Assembly (NCBI GenBank): GCA_001599295.1
Contig: BCGN01000006.1
Span: forward strand, 248,001 to 312,000
Direction: 5' to 3'
DNA length: 64,000 nt
From: Sporopachydermia quercuum
Taxonomy: Eukaryota
Part shown: positions 1 to 10,795 of the stretch, piece by piece
How positions within the stretch are numbered: the stretch's first letter is position 1
How the letters are laid out: every line of letters begins with the position of its first letter
The notes under the pieces: generated by a model
The model's input: the letters and a program-made list of their open reading frames with translations, nothing else
The model's database searches: none
What the model was told of the DNA's origin: nothing
Program-made: the position numbers and the translations under genes

Positions 1-661
1 AATCATTGTTGGAGAAGCCGTGGCTTTTGTATTCAGCCAGATCGTCAGGAAACGTAAGGAGAACTTGGCTGTCAGTGTGATACTGATTTCTTTCGGAGAA
101 ACTGAGGTCGTCTTCATCGCTGCTTGTCTCTGAATTAGATTCTGATAAGGTGATTTCTCTCTCTTCTGGTTGAATATCGTGCTGATGATCTGCAGCATAT
201 AAACCATCGTCAATGTAATGTGCTGCTCCTGAAAGATTTGGGGTGTTTGAAGAACCTGCTACGGGATTCACATGTGAGTTCGGTCCAGAGCTTACTGGGT
301 GCAGGTCTGGTTCTGGTACTAGTTCTAACACTGGCCCTAGTACTGACCCTGGTAATGGGTCAGAATGTGAATTTGTTTGGCTCAAGCCCAAGGGTTGAAG
401 AGGCACAACTAGTAATGGTGACTGAGCGNCTTCCCGAGACGGTGACTCGAAAGAAAAACGGGAATTGACATTGCTGTCGTGTGATATTACAGTATGATAT
501 GACTCTGGGACAGTGTATTGGCTGTTATTCTGATGCTGTGTTTCTCTAGAAGATATCACAGGAGTTCTTGTTGGTGGAGGTTTCCTTCTCAGAGATGGAA
601 GCCTTTGTTGGTATAAATATTCACCAGGCGGTGGTGAACTGACCCTTTTTTGGTCAGCCAT
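1..661 (-). CDS. 5' part (220 codons) of an unknown protein with a Pro/Ser-rich, acidic, probably disordered N-terminus; runs off the window start
   Basis: Manual translation from the ATG at 661-659 gives MADQKRVSSPPPGEYLYQQRLPSLRRKPPPTR...SSDEDDLSFSERN...FSNND with no stop before position 1. It is absent from the ORF track because the stop lies outside the window. Confidence 0.75.
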   Translation of the reverse strand, partial: MADQKRVSSPPPGEYLYQQRLPSLRRKPPPTRTPVISSRETQHQNNSQYTVPESYHTVISHDSNVNSRFSFESPSREXAQSPLLVVPLQPLGLSQTNSHSDPLPGSVLGPVLELVPEPDLHPVSSGPNSHVNPVAGSSNTPNLSGAAHYIDDGLYAADHQHDIQPEEREITLSESNSETSSDEDDLSFSERNQYHTDSQVLLTFPDDLAEYKSHGFSNND

Positions 662-2028
662 AAGTGTGTGTTAGTTCGCGTAGAGAGATTAAATTGACGA
701 ATACTACCAGACGGTCTGCAAAATACCAAATTCCCAAACCTTATGTAAGAGAAAATTGATTTTATAGATAACATAGATAAGTGAGTTAATTGAAAATATG
801 GTAAAGCATCAGAAACCGAAGGTACATACTGAACAAAATAGTTGATTAATGCTATGAAAATGTGTGGAGGAGTGTGTGGATTTCAATGTGGGGGAAGCTT
901 ATTTTTCCATTGTAGATCACGTGGTTCAGAACGAAGGGAAGAGCGATGCAGACGATGGAGAAGTAGAACAGTCTACTACAAGTATAATTTCTTGTCCTTG
1001 GATACAAATCATTTATTTGTATTTTTTCTTTATACGAGAAAAGAATAAATTGAGGGTTTAGCCAAGTAAAATAATAGGTTAAGGAAGCACAAGAAAGCAC
1101 GTTTTCATTCCCGAGAGTACTAGACAGATAATATATGGGACGGAAACGGTAGAACATTTTTCAGGGAAAGGCGGAACGATTGACAGTGACAATATATTCT
1201 GGGGTTACAGGGGACAGTTTGATGTTATACAGTAGCATACACCTATTATTGGTGTGTTACACAAATTCCGGTATTCCACAGTAAATTCTTCAATTCCGTT
1301 ACAACTGGCAACAGTTTCTTCTCTTCTTGACCTACCTGTCTCTCTCTCTTTCTCTTTATCTAGTCACACATCATTGGCGTCCGACCCATGCACTTCACAA
1401 CGCTATGCATAAATCTTGCATTAACTGCAATCATTTATAAATACGTCATCATAAATAAGTATGTGAGTTTTGGATTGGTCATTTTCCCTGGCAACAACAT
1501 TTATTATGTACATTCACTATATACAAACATAAGAGTCAAACAAAGAAATCAAAACAATCCATTTTTATTATATAATCAACAAATCCCACCTTTCCACTTC
1601 CGCCCTTATTCGCTCCTCCTGCTTTCATCCATTATTACGTTAACATTTAATCATTGTTTTGATTTTCAATTGTTATGAAAAAAGAATGCAATAAACCGTC
1701 TTATCTACAATATAAGCACGAAAGGCAGATTTAATAAAATAAACGGTTAATTGGTGGATTCAATTCAATCAAAACTGAAATGTAAGTACATGCTTTGTGG
1801 AGCCCTTGTTGTTGTTTACTCTATATGTGAAATGTTAGAATGTAAACATCGATTATAAAAGATGGTGTACAGTGATTCATGGCGCGTTGAGTAAAAAAAT
1901 GATGATATATAAATTATCTGTGATTGATATTACTGTTTTTCGTTCGTGGAAGATTTGTGAGTGNGCGAAACAAGAAAGCTAACTGTATACTTTGTTTTAG
2001 ACATATCTCGGCAGAAAGAATAGGAACT

Positions 2029-3516
2029 ATGGTTAAGCAAACTGCGCAGCCAGGATCGATTGATTCTGACTCTGTTGTTTTGACAGGCGACGATGTTGAT
2101 TCTAATATCAGTCCTGAACTTGAACTAGCATCTGCAGCTGTTTCAGCGTCCGTAGGCACTGGTGATAACGCTCTGATGCATGATTTACCTCCTGCTCCTA
2201 TGGATGTCGAAGGAGATAAACATACAAACGACTCAAGCTCTCCAACGGCGGAAAAAAGATCAAAGAGAGGAAGACCCAAGATTGAATTGGACGAAGACAA
2301 GATCAAGGAAAGAAGAAGAGAGCAGATCCGGCTGGCCCAACGAAGCTATAGAAAGAAAAGGGACGAAACTTATTCTGATTTGAAGAAGAAAGTAACAGAT
2401 ACTGAAAACAGTTTACAAGAAATTACCTTCAGAACTGTCAGTTTACTAAACAAGTTAGCTGGTTTAGCTGCTGTTAATGAACCATGTAATACAGCTGTGA
2501 CACAGCTTCTTAACGATGAAGGAAAAGCTATTGCTGAATTATTAGACATTGTGGTGACATCAAAGGAGATTAATAATAATACAAGTGGTGATACCATTAA
2601 AGCAGGAGAATTGACAAAGAACGGTAATGTTATCTCTGACATTAAAGGGAAGGCTTCTATTGACCCTTCGTTATCTGATTCAATGGGAAACGCAGTCTCT
2701 GTTATTTCTTTCTCTACTAATACTGCTCCTAAGAATAAATTCAAGAGAAGACGTGTTGATGAACTTGGCCACGAAGTATTATCAACAAGTCCTATTGTTT
2801 TCAGTTCTATTCGTATGTTGCCTCAGCAATACGATGGATTATCAAAAATGGTTGGTGGGTTCTTTTCTATTAAAGAAGATGACCCAAAGTTTTTTGGTGA
2901 AGAAGATAGCGCTGAATTGCTTGAATCATTACATACAGCTGCCATTGAAACATTAGCTAACTTGAGGCCTATTGACATTCTTAAACGTTCAACTGGCGAA
3001 GGATTTGCTTTGAGATTCTTAAAGTTCACTTGTATGAGGGCACTACGTGTTTATTCTAAAGGTGAGTACATTCGATTCAGAAATATCTTCAAGAAAATGA
3101 AAAACATCAACCCTGCAATCAAAGCCCTGATTGCCATTCTTACTGGTAAAGTCGAAGTGCATGATAGTGACTTAAGCGTTGGTGGATTAGTTAGTACTAT
3201 GACCATTGAACCCCTTAACACTACTCCAGAAATAAATATACCTGGCTCTAATTTAGTAGCAAGTGATCTACAAACNTCTGACGAATCTATAAAGACAAAT
3301 AATCCCAATGAATTTTCNGTTAAGAAAGTTGGTGATCTGGTTGTTTATTGCGGTGGAAAGTATATTGAGAATTTAATGAGATCAGATCCTACATCATTGT
3401 ATGATGAAGAAATATTACTATATATGCTCAGTCCTGGTGTTGCTTATGTCGCCAATCAACCAAGAGTTGAGAAAGACGTGGTTGATTTCAGTTTGAAGAT
3501 GTCTCGATTGAACTAA
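2029..3516 (+). CDS. bZIP transcription factor (fungal YAP-like basic region preceded by KRGRP)
   Basis: KRGRPKIELDEDKIKERRREQIRLAQRSYRKKRD followed by a heptad zipper (LKKKVTDTENSLQEI). The first in-frame ATG is at 2029; the ORF track starts at a TTG at 1924. Confidence 0.85.
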   Translation: MVKQTAQPGSIDSDSVVLTGDDVDSNISPELELASAAVSASVGTGDNALMHDLPPAPMDVEGDKHTNDSSSPTAEKRSKRGRPKIELDEDKIKERRREQIRLAQRSYRKKRDETYSDLKKKVTDTENSLQEITFRTVSLLNKLAGLAAVNEPCNTAVTQLLNDEGKAIAELLDIVVTSKEINNNTSGDTIKAGELTKNGNVISDIKGKASIDPSLSDSMGNAVSVISFSTNTAPKNKFKRRRVDELGHEVLSTSPIVFSSIRMLPQQYDGLSKMVGGFFSIKEDDPKFFGEEDSAELLESLHTAAIETLANLRPIDILKRSTGEGFALRFLKFTCMRALRVYSKGEYIRFRNIFKKMKNINPAIKALIAILTGKVEVHDSDLSVGGLVSTMTIEPLNTTPEINIPGSNLVASDLQXSDESIKTNNPNEFXVKKVGDLVVYCGGKYIENLMRSDPTSLYDEEILLYMLSPGVAYVANQPRVEKDVVDFSLKMSRLN

Positions 3517-4316
3517 TTTCTATTTCTCTCTTGTGAAGTTTTTGCACTTCGAGTTGTGTTGTATATTACATTGTATTCTATTGTTTGTTTAATTGTTAGG
3601 TTTTACCAATATTATTAATATAATTGTTTTGTTTGGTTAGCATTTAATAGTGGTTACCTAGTGCCCATACATAGTAAAATCGTGGTAAAACTCCCATGTT
3701 TGGTAACTAAGAACCCTTTTCTGCTCAGTTGGCATTTACAGGACTTCCAAACTGTATTCACCGCACGTCAGAAAATCCTCTTTTCATCAAACTTGAATTT
3801 CCAGNAACAGAACCAAACATTATATATATCCCTTCTTAACTCTACCCATTCTCTTGCCTGTTTCCCGGTCAATGGCATGAAAGTCATTCATTCATCATCG
3901 CTCTAATCCCCTCCCAGACATCATGTATCACCCCACAANCATCTCATGTGAACCCCTTCCAACAATATTACTTTGTTACCCGCACATTCATATCCCCTTG
4001 ATCACGTAACCACAAATGTTCACACAAAACTAACACTCTGTCAATGTATCCCAATTGGTGTTTCGGCTGTCATCGTCCACAACTCAAACACGAGAATCAA
4101 ATCACCAAGATCTTATCCTGAATGCACTATTGGAGGCTGATAGAAATAAAACAGTATTTTTTATCGAAACAACCTCAATCCATTTAACCGTNAGGGGTAA
4201 TTGATCTTTCACTGACAAGGATTAATTCACTAACCGTTCAAGAGTTAATTTAACTAGTGATTTGATCNCTATCCACACAACACGCAATTGAATAGGTTTG
4301 GTAGTATCCAGAAACA

Positions 4317-7196
4317 ATGTCTGCTCCTGCTTATACAATTGTCAATGAGACTGACGCGGGGCATCCGTCAGTCGAAGAGTTCAAGAAGTTGTTAGAAAAA
4401 CCCAGAGATGACGTGAAGATTGAAACTTTGAAACAAATTCTTATTGTGATGCTCAATGGTGATGCTATGCCAGGACTATTGATGCATATCATCAGATATG
4501 TTATGCCTTCAAAAAATAAAGAACTCAAGAAGCTTTTACAATTCTACTGGGAAATTTGCTCTAAGACTCAAGCTGATGGCAAATTGAAGCAAGAAATGAT
4601 TTTGGTTTGTAACGCCTTGATGAATGATTTACAACATCCTAATGAATACATTCGTGGGTCAGCATTGAGGTTCCTTTGTAAGATCAAAGAACCAGAACTA
4701 TTGGAGCCTTTAATTGCCAGCTGTCGAACTTGTCTTCAACATCGACATTCTTACATCAGAAAGAATGCTGTACTGGCAGTTTATTCTATTTTCACGGTAT
4801 CTGAACATTTAATACCTGATGCCGTTGAATTGACTGTAGAATTCTTGGAGAATGAAACAGATCCTACTTGTAAAAGAAACGCATTCATGGCGTTAACCAA
4901 TCTCAACAAAGATGAAGCATTTGTATATGTTAAAAACAATCTTCATAACATCAATTCAGCAGATAATTTATTGCAATTGGCTTTCATTGAATTTATCAGA
5001 CGTGATGCTTTGACAAGAGTTGAATTCAAATCTACTTACTTAAGAATCATTTTTGATTTATTAGAGGTTTCCTCTAATACTGTTATATATGAAGCTGCCA
5101 CAACGCTTGTAGTCTTAACAAATTTACCTGCTGCTGTTATTGCTGCTGCTGGAAAGTTCATTGAATTGGCTATCAAAGAATCAGATAATAACATCAAATT
5201 GATTGTCTTAGATAAAGTACAAGAATTAAACAAACAATTCCCAGGTATCTTACAGGATTCAGCGTTAGAAATCCTCAGAGTATTGTCGGCTCCTGATTTA
5301 GATGTACGGAAAAAGGCTTTAGACTTGTCTTTATCAATGGTCAATAGCAGAAATGTTGATGCAATGGTTAAGGTATTAAAGAAAGAGCTATCAAAGACAT
5401 TAGGTACTAGCTATGAGAAAACCAATGACTATAGAGCTCTATTGATTCATGCTATTCATACCTGTGCTATTACTTTTGCTGAAGTTGCTACTGATGTTGT
5501 TGATTTATTACTGGAATTCTTAGCTGAACTATCAACTGTTGCTGCTACTGATATCATTATGTTTGTCAAAGAGGTTATCGAGAAATACCCTGAGATGAGA
5601 TCCACCATGGTTTCAAAACTTGTTGATACATTACCAGATATAAAAAGCGGTAAAGTTTCAAGAGGTATTTTATGGATCATTGGTGAATATTGTTTGGATG
5701 ATTCTGAAATTCTTCAAGCTTGGAAGGCTATTAGAGCTTCTGTAGGTGAGGTTCCTATTGTTGATTCTGAAAAAAGAGCACTTAATGGTGATGACGCTAC
5801 TAATGATACTTCCAATGGTGATTCTTCAGCTGCTGGTGGTAATGCTGGTAAGAAGTCGGCTACTCCAAGGGTTCTTCCTGATGGTACATATGCTACAGAA
5901 TCTGCCTTATCAGCTGATTCTAGTAAGTTCAACGCCAATCATGAAGCTCCTAGACCTTCTATCAGAGCTCTTATACTTGAAGGAGATTTCTATTTGGCAT
6001 CGGTACTAGCATCAACATTCACTAAGCTTGTTGTTCGTTTATACGGCATTGATACTCTGGATAGAAGGATCAAAAATTCAGTGAAAGCTGAAGCTATGTT
6101 GGTCATGGTTTCTATTCTTCGTGCTGGTGAATCTGAATTTGCTAAGAGGAAAATCGATGAAGATTCAAGTGAAAGAATCAACTCATGTATCACATTTTTG
6201 GCTGAATTAGATAACAACCATTCACAGCACTTTGAAAATGCTTTATTGAAAGACACCAAGGAAGCATTCAGAGCTCAATTGGCTGCTGAGGAAAAGAAGC
6301 GTGACCTGAGCAATCAAATAGCAAAGGAAAAATCTGCTTTGCCTGTCGACTCGGGCATTTCCTTCCGTCAATTCACTAAACTTAGTACCTCCACCACCAA
6401 GGACGTCTATGACGAAGATATCAAATTAGCATCAGGCTCAGTTATCAAGACCGAAGCTTTGTCTTCCCGTTTGAATAAAATTGTTCAATTGACTGGATTT
6501 TCAGATCCGGTTTATGCTGAAGCCTATGTGAGAGTCCACCAGTTTGATATTGTTTTAGACGTGCTGCTTGTGAATCAAACTACTGAAACCTTACGTAATT
6601 TATCAGTGGAATTTGCTACCTTAGGAGACTTGAAGGTTGTTGAGAAGCCTACAACTCAGAACTTAGGTGCTCATGGATTCCTGAACGTTCAATGTACTAT
6701 CAAAGTTTCTTCAGCTGATACAGGGATTATCTTCGGTAATATTGTCTATGATGGTCAAGCAGCTAACGAACATAGCATTGTTATATTGAACGATGTTCAT
6801 GTCAATATTATGGATTATATAAAACCAGCCAGTTGTTCAGAAGCTCAATTCAGAGTAATGTGGAATAAATTCGAGTGGGAAAACAAGGTGAATATTTCAT
6901 CCAAACTTCCTTCATTAAAGGAGTATCTTGATAGATTAATGAAAGTCACCAATATGGCTTGTTTGACCCCAGGTGCTGTTGTCGGTGATGAATGTCAATT
7001 CCTAAGTGCCAACTTATATGCTAGATCATCATTTGGAGAAGACGCATTAGCTAATTTGAGCATTGAAAAAGATGGTGATGGTCCAATCGTTGGCCATATT
7101 AGAATTAGATCTAAGGGACAAGGATTAGCTCTCGCGTTAGGAGAGAAGATAGCATCAACTGAGAAGGTTGCTCAAGGTATAACAAATGCTGTGTAA
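4317..7196 (+). CDS. SEC26: Coatomer (COPI) subunit beta
   Basis: 959 aa with DLQHPNEYIRG adaptin-N repeats, VLPDGTYATES, and the QLTGFSDPVYAEAYV / LYARSSFGEDALANLSIE appendage. Confidence 0.97.
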   Translation: MSAPAYTIVNETDAGHPSVEEFKKLLEKPRDDVKIETLKQILIVMLNGDAMPGLLMHIIRYVMPSKNKELKKLLQFYWEICSKTQADGKLKQEMILVCNALMNDLQHPNEYIRGSALRFLCKIKEPELLEPLIASCRTCLQHRHSYIRKNAVLAVYSIFTVSEHLIPDAVELTVEFLENETDPTCKRNAFMALTNLNKDEAFVYVKNNLHNINSADNLLQLAFIEFIRRDALTRVEFKSTYLRIIFDLLEVSSNTVIYEAATTLVVLTNLPAAVIAAAGKFIELAIKESDNNIKLIVLDKVQELNKQFPGILQDSALEILRVLSAPDLDVRKKALDLSLSMVNSRNVDAMVKVLKKELSKTLGTSYEKTNDYRALLIHAIHTCAITFAEVATDVVDLLLEFLAELSTVAATDIIMFVKEVIEKYPEMRSTMVSKLVDTLPDIKSGKVSRGILWIIGEYCLDDSEILQAWKAIRASVGEVPIVDSEKRALNGDDATNDTSNGDSSAAGGNAGKKSATPRVLPDGTYATESALSADSSKFNANHEAPRPSIRALILEGDFYLASVLASTFTKLVVRLYGIDTLDRRIKNSVKAEAMLVMVSILRAGESEFAKRKIDEDSSERINSCITFLAELDNNHSQHFENALLKDTKEAFRAQLAAEEKKRDLSNQIAKEKSALPVDSGISFRQFTKLSTSTTKDVYDEDIKLASGSVIKTEALSSRLNKIVQLTGFSDPVYAEAYVRVHQFDIVLDVLLVNQTTETLRNLSVEFATLGDLKVVEKPTTQNLGAHGFLNVQCTIKVSSADTGIIFGNIVYDGQAANEHSIVILNDVHVNIMDYIKPASCSEAQFRVMWNKFEWENKVNISSKLPSLKEYLDRLMKVTNMACLTPGAVVGDECQFLSANLYARSSFGEDALANLSIEKDGDGPIVGHIRIRSKGQGLALALGEKIASTEKVAQGITNAV

Positions 7197-8190
7197 TCGA
7201 TGGGAATGATTTGAACGGTGAATAAAGCATAAAAAGCGGTGTGGTACGATTATGATGTAGTATTTGTTGTTCTTTAGTTATATACAAATATGTGCGAGTT
7301 TAACAATTGAAAAAGGTATTTAATAAGATACATACCATGTTGAAAGTGCTTATAATGAAGTGGAAGCATTGAAAAGAATCCGTAGATTGTGTTCTGTAGG
7401 ATTGAAAAGTTCATTCTAGTTGTGTAGTTGTTTAACCATTTTGTTAGTGTTCTGTATTATGTTATATTATGTTCAGTTGGCTGAGCGGAGAACTGTCATT
7501 GAAGGAAATACAATCGAAGAGTAGTCTTTTGTTTCGCTAATTGAGCTGTCTGTTTCATAACTGTTTAAGTAAGATAAGTATTTAATATATCGTGGATAGG
7601 AGTTACTATTGAGTTGGTTATTACAAATTATTATTATAATCAATATTACTGCTTAGTTCTTATTAGCTGACGATATTTGAACACAATCAGAAAATCAATC
7701 TCTAGAATGGTCATAAGTAAAGGATAGTCAGGAATTTTGACAAATCATCAAGGCAAGCATAAAAAAGTTGACTGGGTGACTGGATAATTGATGAGAACAG
7801 CGTTTAGGTGAACATAAGATAGTCCCTGTAAGTTTCTTTATAAATTGACCTCTGAATCGATTTGAGTTAATTATCTGATTTAGCTATATTATAGGTATGA
7901 GTTGATATTATCTTATTNAACTACTGTATACAGTTTATAAACAGATATTCAGCAATACTCTAGAAGTATCACTATGCATCACAGAATAAATCGTTATCAA
8001 CAGCTAAGAACCTACTGTTTTCTTTATTCACCTTTTGATTGTATGACTGGGTTACAATTAGCTCATGATTANCTCATAGCTTATACTATGCGAATTATCC
8101 TAGAAATAGATATATTAAAATAAGTTTTGACCATAATACTATACATAATCCCTCTTATTCACTGCACAGATGTATCCATATCGAACATTC

Positions 8191-9960
8191 CTATCCTCTC
8201 TTTGAATATTTATCACTATCAAGAATAGAATACAACATAGATAGTGCAGTTCTATTCGCTTCCGGTGTACCAGTAACGGCTATCAGTCGTTCTCGTGATG
8301 CTCCAGTATCGTATCCTTCAACTATCTTAACATCGGCACCAGATAATCTCTGGATCTCATGAATTTTGGATCCTCCTTTACCTATGATTGATCCTATCAT
8401 ATCCCTAGGAATAGTAACGTTACGCGTGACGATCTTTGAGGAGTCATTGGATGTACCATTATCAGTAGCACTGTTATTATTAGCACCATTGTTGTAGTTA
8501 CTGCTATTAGCAGTACTATTGTTATTATTATGATTGTAATAGTTACCATTGAAGCCGTCAGCAGAAGTACCGTTGTTGCTATTAATGCTATTGTTGCTGT
8601 AGGTATTACTATTCACTTCGGCTGTAAAATCACCATTTACATCTGTCGACTGGGAGTTATCAACATCCATCTCATTGCGATCACCAATAGACGATCTACT
8701 CTGCTGTAACAAGCTATTATCCTGCAGCATTCTTACATTGATTGGCTGTCTGTTGAAAGAATAAGGATTTCCGTATAAACCAGTCACCGGTACTGGATTA
8801 TACATAGAAACTAGCTCATTGTTTGAATTATGATCAGAAAACCTTTGGAAAAGAGCCAACAAAGACTCCACAGCTTTTGCTATTGATGTTTGAGTGCCAG
8901 TGATGGAAATTGATTGATACGACGACTGAAATAAAGGTGTTAAAGACAGATCAATAGAACAGCCTGTCTCAGCAGCTATAGTCGTGATTAGATCAAATTT
9001 ACTATTGAACTTCAGCTGGTGGATCTCTGTAGTTGATACTAATACTGTAATTGAGAATCTGGATTTAGGATCAGAATATGTAACAATAGGGTATTTGATA
9101 ACCGTAGCTATGACAGATGCTGCTAGTGATACGTTCGTAGTCGATCCTGTGATTGCTACTAATCGATCAACGACTCCACGGGCTTTATCGCTGACAGAAA
9201 TAGATGTGGATGATGTGTTCATGATCTCTGATAGCTGTAAATCATCTCTTCCAATGATGAGGTCCCCTTCGCTTGCTGAGACTAATAGAAGAAGCATTGT
9301 TGTTTGCAGGGATAATTCATTAGAAAATAAAAGAGCTTTCAGTTTATCAGGAATAAATGATTTCTGTTTAGGTTTCTTCCTTGGTTTCAAGAGATCGGAC
9401 GCAGCACCATCCATAGCAGAAGTTGTTTGTTTCGTTTGTTTAATACGCTGCTTGTCTGTTTGCTTAATTGTCTCTTTGGTTTGTTTCGTTTGCTTTGACT
9501 GTTTGATAGGTTCAGTAGTAGCAGCCAGTTGGGGTTGGAGTTCGTTAGAACCAACGAAGTTTGCAGTTTCGTTTTTGCTTTCGGTTTCTTTCGATTTTTT
9601 CAAATCTTGTAGAGTGGAATCTTCTTCCTTGTTAATAGGAGTATCTGATTTGTTCTTTTCAGCGTTTTCTGTTTCGTTTTGTTTTTCATTTCCGGTGTTT
9701 GTTGATTCATCATTTGTGCTGGCTTGGGTAGATGCACCACTGGCCGTTATCAGTTCAACTTCAGACCGTTCTTCCCTATCAATAGCATTATTTGATGGCT
9801 TTGTTTGTTGCTCTACAGGTTTGGGTTGCTGCTCGGTTTGTCCTTGGTCCTCTTGATGTTCTGAAGCCTGCTGTACGTCACCACCTGCCTCAGCTTCTTT
9901 CTTTGCTTTCTTTCGGGCTGCTGCTGCCTTAGCAGCCATTGACCGCTTCCTGGACACCAT
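8191..9960 (-). CDS. KH-domain RNA-binding protein (hnRNP K/Pbp2/Hek2-like) with one canonical C-terminal KH and degenerate N-terminal KH domains
   Basis: C-terminal IPRDMIGSIIGKGGSKIHEIQRLSGADVKI...ERLIAVTGT is a canonical KH. Upstream KH-like segments are LLVSASEGDLIIGRDD and TIAAETGCSIDLS...ISITG, with an Asn-rich linker. Confidence 0.85.
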   Translation of the reverse strand: MVSRKRSMAAKAAAARKKAKKEAEAGGDVQQASEHQEDQGQTEQQPKPVEQQTKPSNNAIDREERSEVELITASGASTQASTNDESTNTGNEKQNETENAEKNKSDTPINKEEDSTLQDLKKSKETESKNETANFVGSNELQPQLAATTEPIKQSKQTKQTKETIKQTDKQRIKQTKQTTSAMDGAASDLLKPRKKPKQKSFIPDKLKALLFSNELSLQTTMLLLLVSASEGDLIIGRDDLQLSEIMNTSSTSISVSDKARGVVDRLVAITGSTTNVSLAASVIATVIKYPIVTYSDPKSRFSITVLVSTTEIHQLKFNSKFDLITTIAAETGCSIDLSLTPLFQSSYQSISITGTQTSIAKAVESLLALFQRFSDHNSNNELVSMYNPVPVTGLYGNPYSFNRQPINVRMLQDNSLLQQSRSSIGDRNEMDVDNSQSTDVNGDFTAEVNSNTYSNNSINSNNGTSADGFNGNYYNHNNNNSTANSSNYNNGANNNSATDNGTSNDSSKIVTRNVTIPRDMIGSIIGKGGSKIHEIQRLSGADVKIVEGYDTGASRERLIAVTGTPEANRTALSMLYSILDSDKYSKRG

Positions 9961-10795
9961 CGTTTCTGTTTATAATTACAGGATAATGGGAATCAGCTGA
10001 ATGCATGGATTCGATTGACTTTAGTAGGTTAGAGGCTTTATCACGGTATTTTCGCTGTTGGCATCCAATAAAGCTTTTGTTACAATACTAAGGAGCAAAA
10101 TATATGTTGTTTGGAGAAAATACAATGAATTTCGGAATTTATATTTAGTGATGATTTCCGGTATGTTTTTAAATATTTCCAAAACGGGTGTACGAGATTG
10201 AATGTCAAAGCATAGAGTTAAATACTAGACAATTATGACCAAAATCTATTATTACTCTCAACAAGAACTGAATAATACTTTTACAGCAAGCTACCTGATT
10301 GAAAATTCACCGAACTTTTGCTTTTTCGACATCTTTTCCCATTATCAACAATCTTTCCTTTCTATCTTTTGTGCTCATTTCCTCCTATCTTCCTGGCTTG
10401 CCCTCCTTNCCATTTTGCATCGCGTATTCAGTATTAAATGCTGATTCTCAATTCCTCCCTCGGATCACATAATCATTAAAACTTCTATTCTTGATTACCA
10501 AATGCATTATTTGATTGGCGGTGAAAATTTTTCCCTTAACGTAGAAACATTAATTCTGATCCATTTATTGATTATCATACCCCGCTATAAATGAATAACG
10601 GTTGTCACATAGTTGCGAAGTCTTAACATATAGTAGAAATTGGTTCTACTAGGCTGTTGACTTGATATCATAGCTATTGGTAATTTAACACTATCAATAG
10701 TGCTGATTATCTTTACTTATGTTTATGTATATCTTATCCATATCGCTTCTCTAACTATTTCGTGAAGATTACATAGACACCTAATCTACAGCAAG

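Noticed and set aside
1899..2000. Intronic C/D snoRNA (ATGATGA box)
   Set aside because: No D box (CTGA) at a suitable distance and no recognisable rRNA guide.
4154..4242. SEC26 5'-UTR intron (CACTAAC...AAG)
   Set aside because: Donor candidates are weak or contain an N; it cannot be supported without transcript data.
8984..9856. 290-aa plus-strand ORF antisense to the KH gene
   Set aside because: It is the mirror frame of a low-complexity coding sequence, starts at a non-ATG codon and has no recognisable motif. The many other short antisense ORFs inside real genes were rejected for the same reason.
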